A stretch of 64,000 nt of DNA from Candidatus Undinarchaeota archaeon. Lineage in GTDB: Archaea > SpSt-1190 > JASMDC01. Location: positions 7,351 to 71,350 of the forward strand of contig CAZFHY010000019.1 in assembly GCA_964519305.1 (NCBI GenBank). The letters are read 5' to 3'. The notes below the pieces were generated by a model, which saw only the letters and a list, made by a program, of their open reading frames with translations, was not told the origin of the DNA and searched no databases. A program made the translations under genes and the position numbers. Below, piece by piece: positions 52,777 through 62,829 of the stretch (within the stretch, counting starts at the first letter, position 1; every line of letters starts with the position of its first letter).

Positions 52777-54222
52777 TTACGATAGGACTGATTCTCCTGC
52801 GCGACGTAAGCGCTCAGCACCGAGGAGCTTCTCAAGAGCGTCGCGAGTGAGCTTGGGATCCGACTTACCACCGGAAGCCTTCATGACCATTCCGACCAGG
52901 AAGTTCAGGGAGTTGACCTTACCCTCAAGGTAGTCGTCAACGGCTTTCGGTTGCTCCTCGATGGCCTGCCGGGCCATCCGGGTGAGCTGGTCCTCGCCAG
53001 CGATACGCCCGAGGCCCAATCGGCCGATGAGCTGGCGGATGGAGCGTGGTTCAGCTGCCAGCCACTCAAAGAGCCGGCGAGCGGTGAGGTCGGTGATCGT
53101 GCCGTCGCGAAAGAGCTCGAGCACCTCCACTATCTCGTCCGCTGTTATGGTAGTCTCGCTCAGACGCATGTTGTTATAGTTAAGCACGCGCCGCAACTCG
53201 TCCTTGAGCCAGGCCGCGGCAGTGACCGGATCCGTGCGCTTAGCGACCTTCTCGAACAGGTCCGCGACCTCCAGATCGAGGACCAGGACCGAGGCGGTGT
53301 ACGGATCCAGACCGTACCGCTTGACGAAACGTGACTCCTTCTCGGTGGGGCGCTCGGGAAGACCTTCCTCTAACCGTGTTACGAGGGCGTTGTCGATGAC
53401 CAACGGTGGGACATCAGGATCGGGTATGAAGCGGTAATCGGCGGCCCCCTCCTTCTTACGTAGAGGAATGGTGATCATCTTTGCTTCGTCCCAGTGACGG
53501 GTCTCTCGCACGATGCGTTTACCGAACCGCTGGAACCTGCGATGACGCCGGATCTCGCTATCCAGGGCGCGGTACACACCTTTGAAGGAGTTTATGTTCT
53601 TCACCTCGACGCGGGTCCCATCGCCAACGGAGACGTTCGCGTCACAGCGCATGCTCCCTGGCTCATCACGGGCCACTCCCAGGTAGCTCAGTGCCAGTGA
53701 TAGGGCTCGGAGGAAATCACGGGCCTCCTGTGGTGTGCTCATGTCCGGATCGGTGACGATCTCCACAAGCGGTATGCCAGAGCGGTTATAATCCACCTGA
53801 CCGTCCCGAAGCTCGTACCGGCCAGGGTCCTCCTCTAGGTGGACCTCACGGATGCGAACCGAGGCGAACCTGCCGTTCTCCCCCACGGGGAGGGATGTGC
53901 GCTGGTAATTAGAGGGGAGATCGGGATAGAAGTAATGTTTGCGCAACACCCGGATATCCTCGCCCTTGATCACCCTGCAGCCTATGAAGAGGGCGATACG
54001 GACGATCGAGTCCAGCGCCGTGGCGTTGAGGCCGTTCGGCTTTGATCCGGGTTGTGCCGTGCATACAGGGCAGATGTTGGAATTGGATTCGGCATCCCGA
54101 TAGTCCGTGGGGCAAGAACAGAATAGCTTGGTATTGGTCTTGAGCTGCACGTGGACCTCCAGGCCGATGCGAACCCGCTCCTGCGGTTCCTTTTTCGCAT
54201 CCTTGCCCTTCTTGTCGCTCAT
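52777..54222 (-). CDS. gatB: Asp-tRNA(Asn)/Glu-tRNA(Gln) amidotransferase subunit B
   Basis: GatB N-terminal cradle (IGLEVHVQL...KLFCSCP) and a C-terminal YqeY-like tail. Overlaps gatA. Confidence 0.9.
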   Translation of the reverse strand: MSDKKGKDAKKEPQERVRIGLEVHVQLKTNTKLFCSCPTDYRDAESNSNICPVCTAQPGSKPNGLNATALDSIVRIALFIGCRVIKGEDIRVLRKHYFYPDLPSNYQRTSLPVGENGRFASVRIREVHLEEDPGRYELRDGQVDYNRSGIPLVEIVTDPDMSTPQEARDFLRALSLALSYLGVARDEPGSMRCDANVSVGDGTRVEVKNINSFKGVYRALDSEIRRHRRFQRFGKRIVRETRHWDEAKMITIPLRKKEGAADYRFIPDPDVPPLVIDNALVTRLEEGLPERPTEKESRFVKRYGLDPYTASVLVLDLEVADLFEKVAKRTDPVTAAAWLKDELRRVLNYNNMRLSETTITADEIVEVLELFRDGTITDLTARRLFEWLAAEPRSIRQLIGRLGLGRIAGEDQLTRMARQAIEEQPKAVDDYLEGKVNSLNFLVGMVMKASGGKSDPKLTRDALEKLLGAERLRRAGESVLS

Positions 54223-55631
54223 CGACCACCCTCCAGCGCCGACATGGCACGCACGAGCGTACCTTCGTCGAAGGGTCTACCATGGAGCTGTACTGCCGTA
54301 GGGAGGCCCTTATGTTCGCCCACGGGCACCGTTCCAGCGCATACTCCGGCAAGATTCGCAGAAACGGTCATGATGTCCATGAGGTACATGGCAACGGGGT
54401 CGTCCACGAGTTCGCCGAGCTTCCATGGGAGGCAGGGCATTACGGCCCCAAGGAGCACGTCCGTCTTCTCTAGCCTGTCGAGGAACTCCTGACGGAGGAC
54501 CGACCGTGCTCGCAGCGCTCGCGTGTACCAGGCGTCCCGGTGCTCGCGCATGGTGACGTAGGTCCCGAGCAGGACACGACGCTTCACCTCTCTGCCGAAG
54601 GCCTGGGAGCGCGTGCAGCTCACTGAGGCCTCCAAGCCATCAAGGTCGGCATCCCCGCGATGGCCGTATCGGAAACCATCGAACTTGGCCATTGCCGAAG
54701 AGAACTCGGAGAACATGACGATGTAGTACATGGGCACAGCGTACCGGACCGATGGGATAGTGAGCTCAACGAGCTCGGCACCTTTCTTCTCAAGACGACG
54801 GCCGGCATCCTTGATAGCCCGTGCTACTGGGGCGTCCACACCATCGATGAACTCCTTAACCAATCCCACACGGAGGCCATCGGCATCCCCTGTGGCCGCG
54901 GCAGTGTAGTCAGCTCCGGGCTCGCTCGTTACACAGTCCGCAGGATCGGCACCGGACAGTACCGAGAGGAGCAGAGCGGCCCCGAACACATCGGGGGCCA
55001 CGGGGCCGGGGCCTTCCAGGCTCATGGCCATGTCGCTCATACCATATCGCGAGACCAATCCGTATGTGGGCTTGATACCTACAGCACCGCAGAATGCGGC
55101 AGGGCAACGAATGGACCCGCCCGTGTCCGTTCCAACGGAGAGGTCCGCAAGACCGCCCCCGACAGAGGCGCAGGAGCCCGAGGACGAACCGCCCGGAACA
55201 CGCTTCGGATCACGAGGATTGAGTGTGGGGCCGAAGGCAGACGTCTCCCCTGAGGAGCCGCAGGCGAACTCGTCCATGTTCGCCTTGCCCAGGATTATGG
55301 CCCCCGCGTCACGGATTAGCTTAGTAGCAGTGGCATCGTAAGGTGCCACGTAGTCGGCGAGCATGCGCGAGGCGCAGGTCATCTGCAGTCCGCGGACGGC
55401 AATGTTATCCTTCAGCGAGATACCGAGACCTGCCATTAGGCCGGGATCGCGTCCTGCCGTGATGGTTTTATCGATAGCGGCGGCAGCAGCGCGTGCGCCC
55501 CGCTCGTCCACAGTTATGTAGGCGTTGAGCTCACTCGCCTTGATGGCTTCCAAAAGCCCCTCGACACGTTCCACTGCGGTGACGGAACCATTGCGTACTG
55601 CCTCTAGCCGCTCACGCGTCCCATCGACCAC
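54219..55631 (-). CDS. gatA: Asp-tRNA(Asn)/Glu-tRNA(Gln) amidotransferase subunit A
   Basis: Amidase signature GGSSSGS...GTDTGGSIRCPAAFCG and the catalytic Lys in GKANMDEF. Confidence 0.9.
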   Translation of the reverse strand: MVDGTRERLEAVRNGSVTAVERVEGLLEAIKASELNAYITVDERGARAAAAAIDKTITAGRDPGLMAGLGISLKDNIAVRGLQMTCASRMLADYVAPYDATATKLIRDAGAIILGKANMDEFACGSSGETSAFGPTLNPRDPKRVPGGSSSGSCASVGGGLADLSVGTDTGGSIRCPAAFCGAVGIKPTYGLVSRYGMSDMAMSLEGPGPVAPDVFGAALLLSVLSGADPADCVTSEPGADYTAAATGDADGLRVGLVKEFIDGVDAPVARAIKDAGRRLEKKGAELVELTIPSVRYAVPMYYIVMFSEFSSAMAKFDGFRYGHRGDADLDGLEASVSCTRSQAFGREVKRRVLLGTYVTMREHRDAWYTRALRARSVLRQEFLDRLEKTDVLLGAVMPCLPWKLGELVDDPVAMYLMDIMTVSANLAGVCAGTVPVGEHKGLPTAVQLHGRPFDEGTLVRAMSALEGGR

Positions 55632-55642
55632 TGTACAGCCCT

Positions 55643-55969
55643 CTAAAGGTTCTTGGGGACAACGACGTGTCCGGCGGTGAACCGCGGGACCTGACCCCGG
55701 ATGTCCTCTACACCCTTGAAACGGTTCGGTTCGCCATCATCACGGATGGCATTGCGACGCCCGCTCACCTCGTGAGTCTCCTTGGTGACGTCCTCCCCGA
55801 TCCCCTCTAGTGTGGAGAACTGACTAAGGATGGCCAGGAGGTCCCGTTGAATGGTGGCACGCTCCTCGTCATCGAGAGCTAGACGTGAAAGGGTTGCGAT
55901 TTTGTCCAGGTCAAGCTCGATGTCGGGCGCGGGCACGGCGGGGCGCACGATGGCATCACTTAAAAACAT
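55643..55969 (-). CDS. gatC: Amidotransferase subunit C-like protein
   Basis: ~109 aa, acidic and helical (IATLSRLALDDEERATIQRDLLAILSQF). Immediately upstream of gatA. Start at the internal MFLSD. Confidence 0.55.
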   Translation of the reverse strand: MFLSDAIVRPAVPAPDIELDLDKIATLSRLALDDEERATIQRDLLAILSQFSTLEGIGEDVTKETHEVSGRRNAIRDDGEPNRFKGVEDIRGQVPRFTAGHVVVPKNL

Positions 55970-56393
55970 TCCGGCGCCCTTTGGGATCGTGACACCGCTC
56001 GAGTACGTGGCGCTTGGTCTCTTCTTATTGGACCTCGTGCTCGATGGGCTTACCACCAAGGTAGTGTTCATTCTAGGACGGGAGCGACTTGAGGGTGATG
56101 AGAGCGGACTTCTCCATCTCGAACGGAATCCTATCGCGCGTAGACTCATGGGTCTGGCGGGTGTGGACCGCATGCTAGTGGCCTCCCGTGTGCTGGGCGC
56201 AGTGGCCGCAGTGGCGCTCGTTTCATTGAACGAGTCCACGTTCCTGCTAGGTCTGGCAGCAGCATATGCAATAGTGCCGGTATGGAACCTCACGGTCATC
56301 CTCCATTATCTGGACGAACCGGAGTACCTCAAGACGCGTGTGCCGCTCGGAGTACACATACGCTGGTGCATACGATGCGCTGCGGGCGATTAA
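55950..56393 (+). CDS. Small membrane protein (DUF5658-like, ERNP motif)
   Basis: Start at MASLKN. Three TM helices and an HLERNPIARR motif. The divergent start overlaps gatC by ~20 bp, so this call is uncertain. Confidence 0.35.
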   Translation: MASLKNIPAPFGIVTPLEYVALGLFLLDLVLDGLTTKVVFILGRERLEGDESGLLHLERNPIARRLMGLAGVDRMLVASRVLGAVAAVALVSLNESTFLLGLAAAYAIVPVWNLTVILHYLDEPEYLKTRVPLGVHIRWCIRCAAGD

Positions 56394-56426
56394 AACGGTA
56401 CGTTTAAATGCCCTCGTGTCATACAT

Positions 56427-56594
56427 CCACATTCAATGGGGCAGAAAGGGGTCGCCATCGGTTTCATCGACCGCCTGAACAAGAAGGTGCGAAAGACTAA
56501 GGACTATCGCGAAGGAATGATCGAGAACAAGAAGTCAGCTGAGGACACGGCCGCGTTGCTGAACGTCCTCCGAGAGCTTGACGAGGACGAGTGA
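56427..56594 (+). CDS. Possible small basic/acidic protein (55 aa)
   Basis: MGQKGVAIGFIDRLNKKVRKTKDYREGMIENKK...ELDEDE. No family recognised. Low confidence. Confidence 0.25.
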   Translation, partial: PHSMGQKGVAIGFIDRLNKKVRKTKDYREGMIENKKSAEDTAALLNVLRELDEDE

Positions 56595-56618
56595 GCACTC
56601 CGAGGCGGGGAGTCCATC

Positions 56619-57056
56619 GTGGTGCTCGACGAGACCACTCTGCGCGCACGTGCCCATGCATACTTCGTTGCATGTGCCATGAGCCCAAAGAACGAAGGTC
56701 TGTGCACATCTACCTTCGATGCCCTTCTTAGGTCCTTCCTACAGAGCGAGGAGCGCGATGAGATCTTGCGGGCGGTCATTGTCACCATCAACACCTACGT
56801 GGACAGTGCTTCTGAGCATGACTCGATTACATCCAATCTACCACCACGCGAGCTTCTGCACGACCATCTCCAGGAAGCACTTGAGGTCCATGAGCGGGAG
56901 ATTCTGGACGATGATGACTGGGACAACCTGCTCCTCTTTCTCGAAGCGAAGCTCTTCCATGCTAACATACCTATGAGCCCAGCTCTCCAGTCCCATTCTA
57001 ACCTTGACCTGATGCAGATCGACCCTCTGATGTTCGAGCTCGAACATCTATTCTAG
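56619..57056 (+). CDS. Hypothetical acidic protein
   Basis: GTG start with a GGGGAG SD. 145 aa. No family recognised. Confidence 0.4.
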   Translation: MVLDETTLRARAHAYFVACAMSPKNEGLCTSTFDALLRSFLQSEERDEILRAVIVTINTYVDSASEHDSITSNLPPRELLHDHLQEALEVHEREILDDDDWDNLLLFLEAKLFHANIPMSPALQSHSNLDLMQIDPLMFELEHLF

Positions 57057-57186
57057 TAGGCCTCTCCCGACACCACGAAATCACTATCAGCTAGTACCGA
57101 GCAGTCCTTACAGAGATTGGGGCGGGCGGCCCGTTGCGCAACAGGAATAAAAAACTGAGGGCAACAGGGTACAGTAAGGAAGGTGG

Positions 57187-58155
57187 ATGACCGTGAGGGA
57201 TCTGGACCGGCCGTTCGAAAACACGCTCGAGCTCATAGGGGCCACACCGATGGTGAGGCTGAAGAACGTATCTAAGGACATAAAAGCCGAGATTTGGGCT
57301 AAGCTGGAGTTCTTCAATCCTAGTGGGAGCATCAAGGACAGGATCGCTTTGAGGATGCTCGAAGATGCCGAGAATACCGGACGGATATCGCCCGGCGACA
57401 CGATCGTTGAACCCACGTCAGGAAACACGGGGATATCTCTTGCCTTCGTGTGTGCGTTGAAGGGCTATAACATGGTCGCTGTGATGCCTGATGCCGTTAG
57501 CATGGAGCGGAGGACGATAGTCGGGCTCTTCGGTGGTTCGGTCGAGCTCGTAACCTGCTTGAACAGGGAGAAGGGTGTCACAAAAGAGGACATGGAAGAG
57601 GTCGTTAGGCGGGCCCATGAACTCGCAGAGAGCCTTCCCAATGCCGTCATGCTCGACCAGTTCACGAACGCAAACAATCCTCACGCGCACGCTGACACGA
57701 CCGCTTCCGAGATAGTGCTCCAGACTAAAGGTCGTTTCAGCTCGTTCGTCGCTGCATGCGGGACCGGTGGGACGTTCTCGGGTGTAGCACGGTCGCTCAA
57801 AGAAAATTATCCCGATGTCCGTTGTGTGGTGGTTGAGCCCCATGGTTCGGCCGTCCTGTCGGGCTGCGAGCCCGGGCACCACCTGATCCAGGGTATTGGT
57901 GAAGGTTTCATCCCAGCGGTCATGGACATGGACCTTGTCGATGATATCGTGCAAGTAAGTGATAAGGATGCGATAGCGACCATGCGTCGCCTATGGAGGG
58001 AAGAGGGCATCATGGCGGGTATATCTGCAGGTGCCAACGTGTTCGCCTCGTTAAAGATAGGAGAGCATCTGAGCGAGGGCGACATCATCGTGACAGTCAT
58101 ACCCGACAACGGTATGAGATACCTCTCGACGACCGAGGTCCTTGAGGGTTGCTGA
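57187..58155 (+). CDS. cysK: Cysteine synthase / O-acetylserine sulfhydrylase family PLP enzyme
   Basis: PLP-Lys motif PSGSIKDR. Gly-rich loop GTGGT. GISAGA loop. Confidence 0.85.
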   Translation: MTVRDLDRPFENTLELIGATPMVRLKNVSKDIKAEIWAKLEFFNPSGSIKDRIALRMLEDAENTGRISPGDTIVEPTSGNTGISLAFVCALKGYNMVAVMPDAVSMERRTIVGLFGGSVELVTCLNREKGVTKEDMEEVVRRAHELAESLPNAVMLDQFTNANNPHAHADTTASEIVLQTKGRFSSFVAACGTGGTFSGVARSLKENYPDVRCVVVEPHGSAVLSGCEPGHHLIQGIGEGFIPAVMDMDLVDDIVQVSDKDAIATMRRLWREEGIMAGISAGANVFASLKIGEHLSEGDIIVTVIPDNGMRYLSTTEVLEGC

Positions 58156-58194
58156 TACCGCTGGGCGGATTGATTGGGACCGCGGCTTGTTTGC

Positions 58195-59862
58195 TTAGGC
58201 GGTCCTGACGTTCGCCGCGTCCTCAAGCTTCAGTTCCTTGACGACCCATTCACGCAGCTTGAACTTCTGCACCTTACCCGATGCGGTCATGGGATACTCC
58301 TTCACGAAGAAGAAGTACTTGGGTACCTTATGGCGGGCGATGCGGTCCATAGAGTACTCTCGCAGCTCGGCCTCGGTCACTTCCTGACCATCGGCGGTCA
58401 TTATGGCGCAGGCCACCTGTTCACCGTACTTGACGTCCGGTACACCGAACACCTGTACATCCTTGACCTTGTCGTGAGTGTGGTAGAACTCCTCGATCTC
58501 CCGGGGGAAGATGTTCTCACCGCCACGGATTATCATGTTCTTGATCCGGCCTGTGATCTTGCAGTAACCTGCATCGTCCATGGTGGCGAGGTCGCCCGTG
58601 TGGAGCCAACCTTCAGCGTCAATAGCTTTAGCCGTAGCCTCCTCCATGTTGTAGTACCCTTTCATGACCAGATATCCCCGCGTGCACAGTTCGCCCTGGA
58701 CACCACAGGGGACGTTCATACCGCTCTCCGGGTCCACTATCTTGACGTCCACGTCCGGAAGGGCCCGTCCGACCGTCTCCACGCGCAATTCGACAGGGTC
58801 CTTAGTGCGCGTCTGTGTGATGACAGGTGACGCCTCGGTCTGACCGTAGGCGATGGTTATCTCGGTCATGTTCATCTCATCCATGACGCGCTTCATGACC
58901 TCGATGGGGCAGGGTGCCCCGGCCATGATGCCCGTCCGTAATGATGAGACGTCGTACTTGGTGAAGTCCGGGTGGTTGAGCTCCATGATGAACATGGTAG
59001 GTACACCAAGCAGGATGGTGCATCGCCCCTTGGACACGGCCTCGAGCACCTCCTTGGGATTGAAAGCAATGATGGGCACCATCGTGGCGGCATAGCATAC
59101 GCAGTTGAGCGTGGCCAGCACGCACCCGAAACAGTGGAAGAACGGGACAGGGATGCACATGCGCTCCTGTCCCTCCTTGAGGTCCATGCAGGCGCCCACG
59201 TTGTAGGCATTGTTGACGATGTTGAAGTGGGTGAGCATCACGCCCTTGGGGAATCCCGTGGTGCCTGACGTGTACTGCATGTTGATGGTCTCGTCCGGAT
59301 CGCAGCTGGACTGGACAGCGGACAGTTCCTCGTCAGTGACCTCCTTCCCGAGCTCCTCGAGGATTGAGAAGTTGAACATGCCGTCCGGAGTCCCATCGCC
59401 GATGTACAGGACGTTCTTGAGGTGCGGGAGCTTGCTGCAGGAGAGCCCCCCGGGCTCAGAGCCTTTCAGCTCCGGGGTCACCATGTAGGCGGTCTCGATG
59501 TAGTCGCAGTCACGGAATCTGTCTATAAGGAAGAGGGTGGTCGCATCGGACTGCTTGAGGATGTACTCGAGCTCGTGTGCCTTATAGTTCGTGTTGACCG
59601 TGACCAGGACAGCCCCGATCTTACCGGTCGCGAACTGGAGGATGACCCACTCCGGTACGTTCGTGGCCCAGATTGCCACATGGTCACCTTTCTTTATACC
59701 CAGTCGCAGCAGGCCTTTGGCCACAGCGTTACACTTCTCGCGGAACTGGGCGTACGTGTAGCTCAGGTCCCGGTCCACGTAGAACAAGGCTTCTGTGTCC
59801 GGGAAATTAGCGGCGGTCCTGTCCAGCAGGTCACCAACGGTGATCTTCATTTGTTCGGTCAT
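58195..59862 (-). CDS. AMP-dependent acyl-CoA synthetase/ligase
   Basis: AMP-binding motif TSGTTGFPKGV and a C-terminal GEIxxRG-like region. Start at MTEQMKI; the ORF-track extension was rejected. Confidence 0.85.
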   Translation of the reverse strand: MTEQMKITVGDLLDRTAANFPDTEALFYVDRDLSYTYAQFREKCNAVAKGLLRLGIKKGDHVAIWATNVPEWVILQFATGKIGAVLVTVNTNYKAHELEYILKQSDATTLFLIDRFRDCDYIETAYMVTPELKGSEPGGLSCSKLPHLKNVLYIGDGTPDGMFNFSILEELGKEVTDEELSAVQSSCDPDETINMQYTSGTTGFPKGVMLTHFNIVNNAYNVGACMDLKEGQERMCIPVPFFHCFGCVLATLNCVCYAATMVPIIAFNPKEVLEAVSKGRCTILLGVPTMFIMELNHPDFTKYDVSSLRTGIMAGAPCPIEVMKRVMDEMNMTEITIAYGQTEASPVITQTRTKDPVELRVETVGRALPDVDVKIVDPESGMNVPCGVQGELCTRGYLVMKGYYNMEEATAKAIDAEGWLHTGDLATMDDAGYCKITGRIKNMIIRGGENIFPREIEEFYHTHDKVKDVQVFGVPDVKYGEQVACAIMTADGQEVTEAELREYSMDRIARHKVPKYFFFVKEYPMTASGKVQKFKLREWVVKELKLEDAANVRTA

Positions 59863-60001
59863 GATACGTCCCCTCTCTGACGGGCGGCGAGGACGTGAGA
59901 ACACTTTTAAAATTCCCCCGCGGGCCGCGCCATGCGGTCCCACGGCAGCCCTGCAAAACCTTTTTAACCATCGCCCTGGCAGCTCGCTACAGGTGAAATA
60001 C

Positions 60002-60655
60002 ATGCGCATCATCATGCTCGGCCCCCCCGGGGCAGGAAAAGGTACCTATGCCAAGCGGCTCGTCAAGAGGTTCGGCATCCCCCAGATATCCACGGGCGAT
60101 ATCCTCCGCGCTGCGGTTAAGGAGGGTTCGGAACTTGGGAAGAAGGCCAAGTCATTCATGGACTCGGGTTCTCTTGTCCCTGACGACCTCGTCATGGACA
60201 TAATCCGTGACAGGATATCTCAGGACGACTGCAGGCCAGGCTTCATCTTCGATGGCTTCCCCCGCACCATCCCTCAGGCTGAGTCGCTCAGTGTGCTCCT
60301 GAAGGAGCTGAACATCGGGCTCGACGCAGTGGTCAATGTGGACCTTGCTGATGAGATCCTTGTCCGGAGGCTTACCAGCCGCAGGACATGCGCCAAGTGC
60401 GGTGAGATCTTCAACGTGCTATCCATGCCCCCCAAGGTCGAGGGAGTGTGTGACAAGTGCGATGGAGAGCTGATGCAGCGGGACGATGAGAAGGAGGATA
60501 CTATCCGACACCGACTCGAGGTGTATAAGGAGGAGACGTACCCTCTTATTGCCTTTTACAAGGATTCCGGATTGCTCAAGAGCATCGCACCTGAGGCTGA
60601 CGGATCGGTCGAGGCCAACGTGGCCGCGATCCTTAAAGCACTCGGTATTGAGTGA
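60002..60655 (+). CDS. adk: Adenylate kinase (long, Zn-lid type)
   Basis: P-loop GPPGAGKGT. Lid CAKCG...CDKCDG. Confidence 0.9.
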   Translation: MRIIMLGPPGAGKGTYAKRLVKRFGIPQISTGDILRAAVKEGSELGKKAKSFMDSGSLVPDDLVMDIIRDRISQDDCRPGFIFDGFPRTIPQAESLSVLLKELNIGLDAVVNVDLADEILVRRLTSRRTCAKCGEIFNVLSMPPKVEGVCDKCDGELMQRDDEKEDTIRHRLEVYKEETYPLIAFYKDSGLLKSIAPEADGSVEANVAAILKALGIE

Positions 60656-60665
60656 ACAATGGGAG

Positions 60666-60692
60666 CCGCGTCCCCCGTTATGGGGGGCGCGG
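60666..60692 (+). terminator. Stable GC hairpin (11-bp stem, GUUAU loop) followed by a T-rich tract
   Basis: CCGCGUCCCCC-GUUAU-GGGGGGCGCGG, then a second small hairpin and AATCTTTAAAAA. Lies 10 nt after the adk stop. Confidence 0.4.
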
Positions 60693-60765
60693 GACCGACA
60701 TCTGTCGGACGAATCTTTAAAAACGATCAGCGTTCCTTACTCATCCACCCCCCCCGGTGGTTTCA

Positions 60766-62826
60766 ATGGAACGATTCAACGAGCTATACCTCCGTTTCAA
60801 GCCCGAGATAACACTTGCGGCCGTTGTCCTTGTGTTCAGTACACTGCTATCCCTTTCCTTCCATATGGGCACGGATGTCGCTGCCCTGGAGACGGGAATG
60901 GTGGCGCATGCCCCCCCCGAAATACAGGAGCAGCCCCCTGCGGCCCCTGCCCCCGTGGTCCAGACACCGACCGATCCGGTCATCATCGAGCCGGCCCCGC
61001 CTACGGAGCAACCGGTCGAGGAACTGACCGAACCTGTCGAGGATGCTGTGCCAGTAGATGAGGTCGCTGCGGCCACACCTGCCCCGGATATCGACACCGA
61101 TGCCGAGGACGCCGACGTGCTCGTCACCGAGGCCGTGTACGGCACCATCGATGGTGACTCGATAACCGTCGACCGAAGTGATGGTAAGGTGCGTATCAGG
61201 AACGATGGTACCCGTGACCGCATCTGGGACATCAATCTCTACATAGAGGACCAGGATAAGACGTCGTTCGAGGTAGATGTCATGCACGTACCCGAGCTCA
61301 AGCCCGGGGCGCAGGAGGAGCTTCCCTACGATGTGACCCTCGATAAGAGCCCAATCCTCGTAACGGAGACATACGACGCGGACGCCGACATGAAGGGCAC
61401 ACAGGCCTACATGGTGTATGGTGACGATACGACCTTCGAGCTCACCATAACTCTCACGAATCCCCAGGAGTTCTCCCTGGAGGTCGACCTAACCAAGCCC
61501 GCTCCGGAGGGTATGACCTCGGTGCGGCTCGACGCCTCGTCTGGTGAAGCTCAATACGACGAAGAGACACACCTGTTCACATGGAAAGGATCACTTGAGC
61601 CCGCTGAGACCGTCGAGCTCATCCTGGCCGGGAAGGTCAGCGTTGACAATGAGGAAGTGTTCACCATGGAACCCGGCACACTGTCGGTCACGGCGGACGA
61701 CCTTTTCTCCCACATGAAGCTTGTCCGGAGCGAGGGGATGTCCTCCAACCGGTTCGCCATCGACAAGAGACAGGATGCCAAGAACTCCGACAAGTGGTAC
61801 GTTACCGTATTCCTCAAGAACCTCTCCGAGTTCGACTGCCGAGTGAACCAGGTGGACATCCACGAGAACGGGATGGAGGCCGGTCTCCTCGAGCGGTTCA
61901 TGCCTGACGAGCTCCTTGAGCCCGGGGCTACGTGGGAGGCGGACTTCGTCGTCCAGTCGGCGGATGTCCCTGCTCTCGGTCACAGGACCAGTATCACGAT
62001 GCTCCCGGGCATTGTTACGCGCCAGAAGGGCGAGTTCAAGTTCGGCGGGCTCGAGGTCGATGTAGCACGTGCTGCCATCAGCAAGGAGATCGATCGCGCT
62101 GTCCTCAAGCTCGGTGAAAAGGAGAAAGTAGGCGTTGTCATATTCGTTGAGAGCCTGGGGCCAGCACCCATCCACTCGATAACCGTGGAGGACGAGGTCC
62201 CCGCCGGGTTCGACATCCGTGATATCAAGGTGGAGTTCGAGGACCACACGATCCGCAAGGACATAACCTCGGACACGACACGAAAGAAGGGGGACGGTAC
62301 GATAACCTTCATCGTGGACGACATCGCCGATGCCTTCGGTAAGGACATGGAGCGTGGTGATTTCTTCGAGATCACTTACGAGCTAGTCTCTACGGAGGCC
62401 ATCGAGGGTACGTACGAGACCGATGTCTGGGGCCACGCGAACACTGATCCCGCCGGCACGCCCATCCCCCTGGAAGCGGTGGAGGACGTACCGCTCATGA
62501 AGGTCACCAAGGGCCTTCAGGGCATCTTCATGAGCAAGGACCTTGTCTCCACGCTGCGGGACGATGAGATCAAGTTCGTCATCTACATGAAGAACAAGGG
62601 TCACGTCCCGATGGAGGATCTTGTCGTCCGGGACCTGTTCCCTGATGGATTCGATCTTGTCAGCTCTTCCGAGGAGTACGAGATAGTCCACACGACGGAG
62701 AAGGGAGTGGTCGCACAGTGGACCGTGGACCGGCTTGAGGTGGACGCTGAGCACGAGCTCACGTACGTCCTCCGAGGTTCGGGGGACTACAGTATCTCTG
62801 ATGCTGTGGTCATGATCGGGGGATAG
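60766..62826 (+). CDS. Secreted/anchored hypothetical surface protein with CARDB/DUF11-like beta-sandwich domains
   Basis: N-terminal TM/signal (TLAAVVLVFSTLLSLSF), a Pro-rich linker, and several predicted beta-sandwich units. Confidence 0.55.
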   Translation: MERFNELYLRFKPEITLAAVVLVFSTLLSLSFHMGTDVAALETGMVAHAPPEIQEQPPAAPAPVVQTPTDPVIIEPAPPTEQPVEELTEPVEDAVPVDEVAAATPAPDIDTDAEDADVLVTEAVYGTIDGDSITVDRSDGKVRIRNDGTRDRIWDINLYIEDQDKTSFEVDVMHVPELKPGAQEELPYDVTLDKSPILVTETYDADADMKGTQAYMVYGDDTTFELTITLTNPQEFSLEVDLTKPAPEGMTSVRLDASSGEAQYDEETHLFTWKGSLEPAETVELILAGKVSVDNEEVFTMEPGTLSVTADDLFSHMKLVRSEGMSSNRFAIDKRQDAKNSDKWYVTVFLKNLSEFDCRVNQVDIHENGMEAGLLERFMPDELLEPGATWEADFVVQSADVPALGHRTSITMLPGIVTRQKGEFKFGGLEVDVARAAISKEIDRAVLKLGEKEKVGVVIFVESLGPAPIHSITVEDEVPAGFDIRDIKVEFEDHTIRKDITSDTTRKKGDGTITFIVDDIADAFGKDMERGDFFEITYELVSTEAIEGTYETDVWGHANTDPAGTPIPLEAVEDVPLMKVTKGLQGIFMSKDLVSTLRDDEIKFVIYMKNKGHVPMEDLVVRDLFPDGFDLVSSSEEYEIVHTTEKGVVAQWTVDRLEVDAEHELTYVLRGSGDYSISDAVVMIGG

Positions 62827-62829
62827 GGC

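Noticed and set aside
57090-57186. GC-rich structured-looking leader upstream of cysK (GGGGCGGGCGGCCCGTTGCGCAACAGG), considered as a riboswitch
   Set aside because: I could not fold it into any riboswitch class I know, and there is no conserved motif. Probably just a 5' UTR with an SD.
60002-60655. Bacterial-type Zn-lid adenylate kinase in an archaeal context, considered as a sign of horizontal transfer
   Set aside because: Several euryarchaeal lineages encode the long bacterial-type Adk. Composition looks native. Not distinctive enough to report as a finding.
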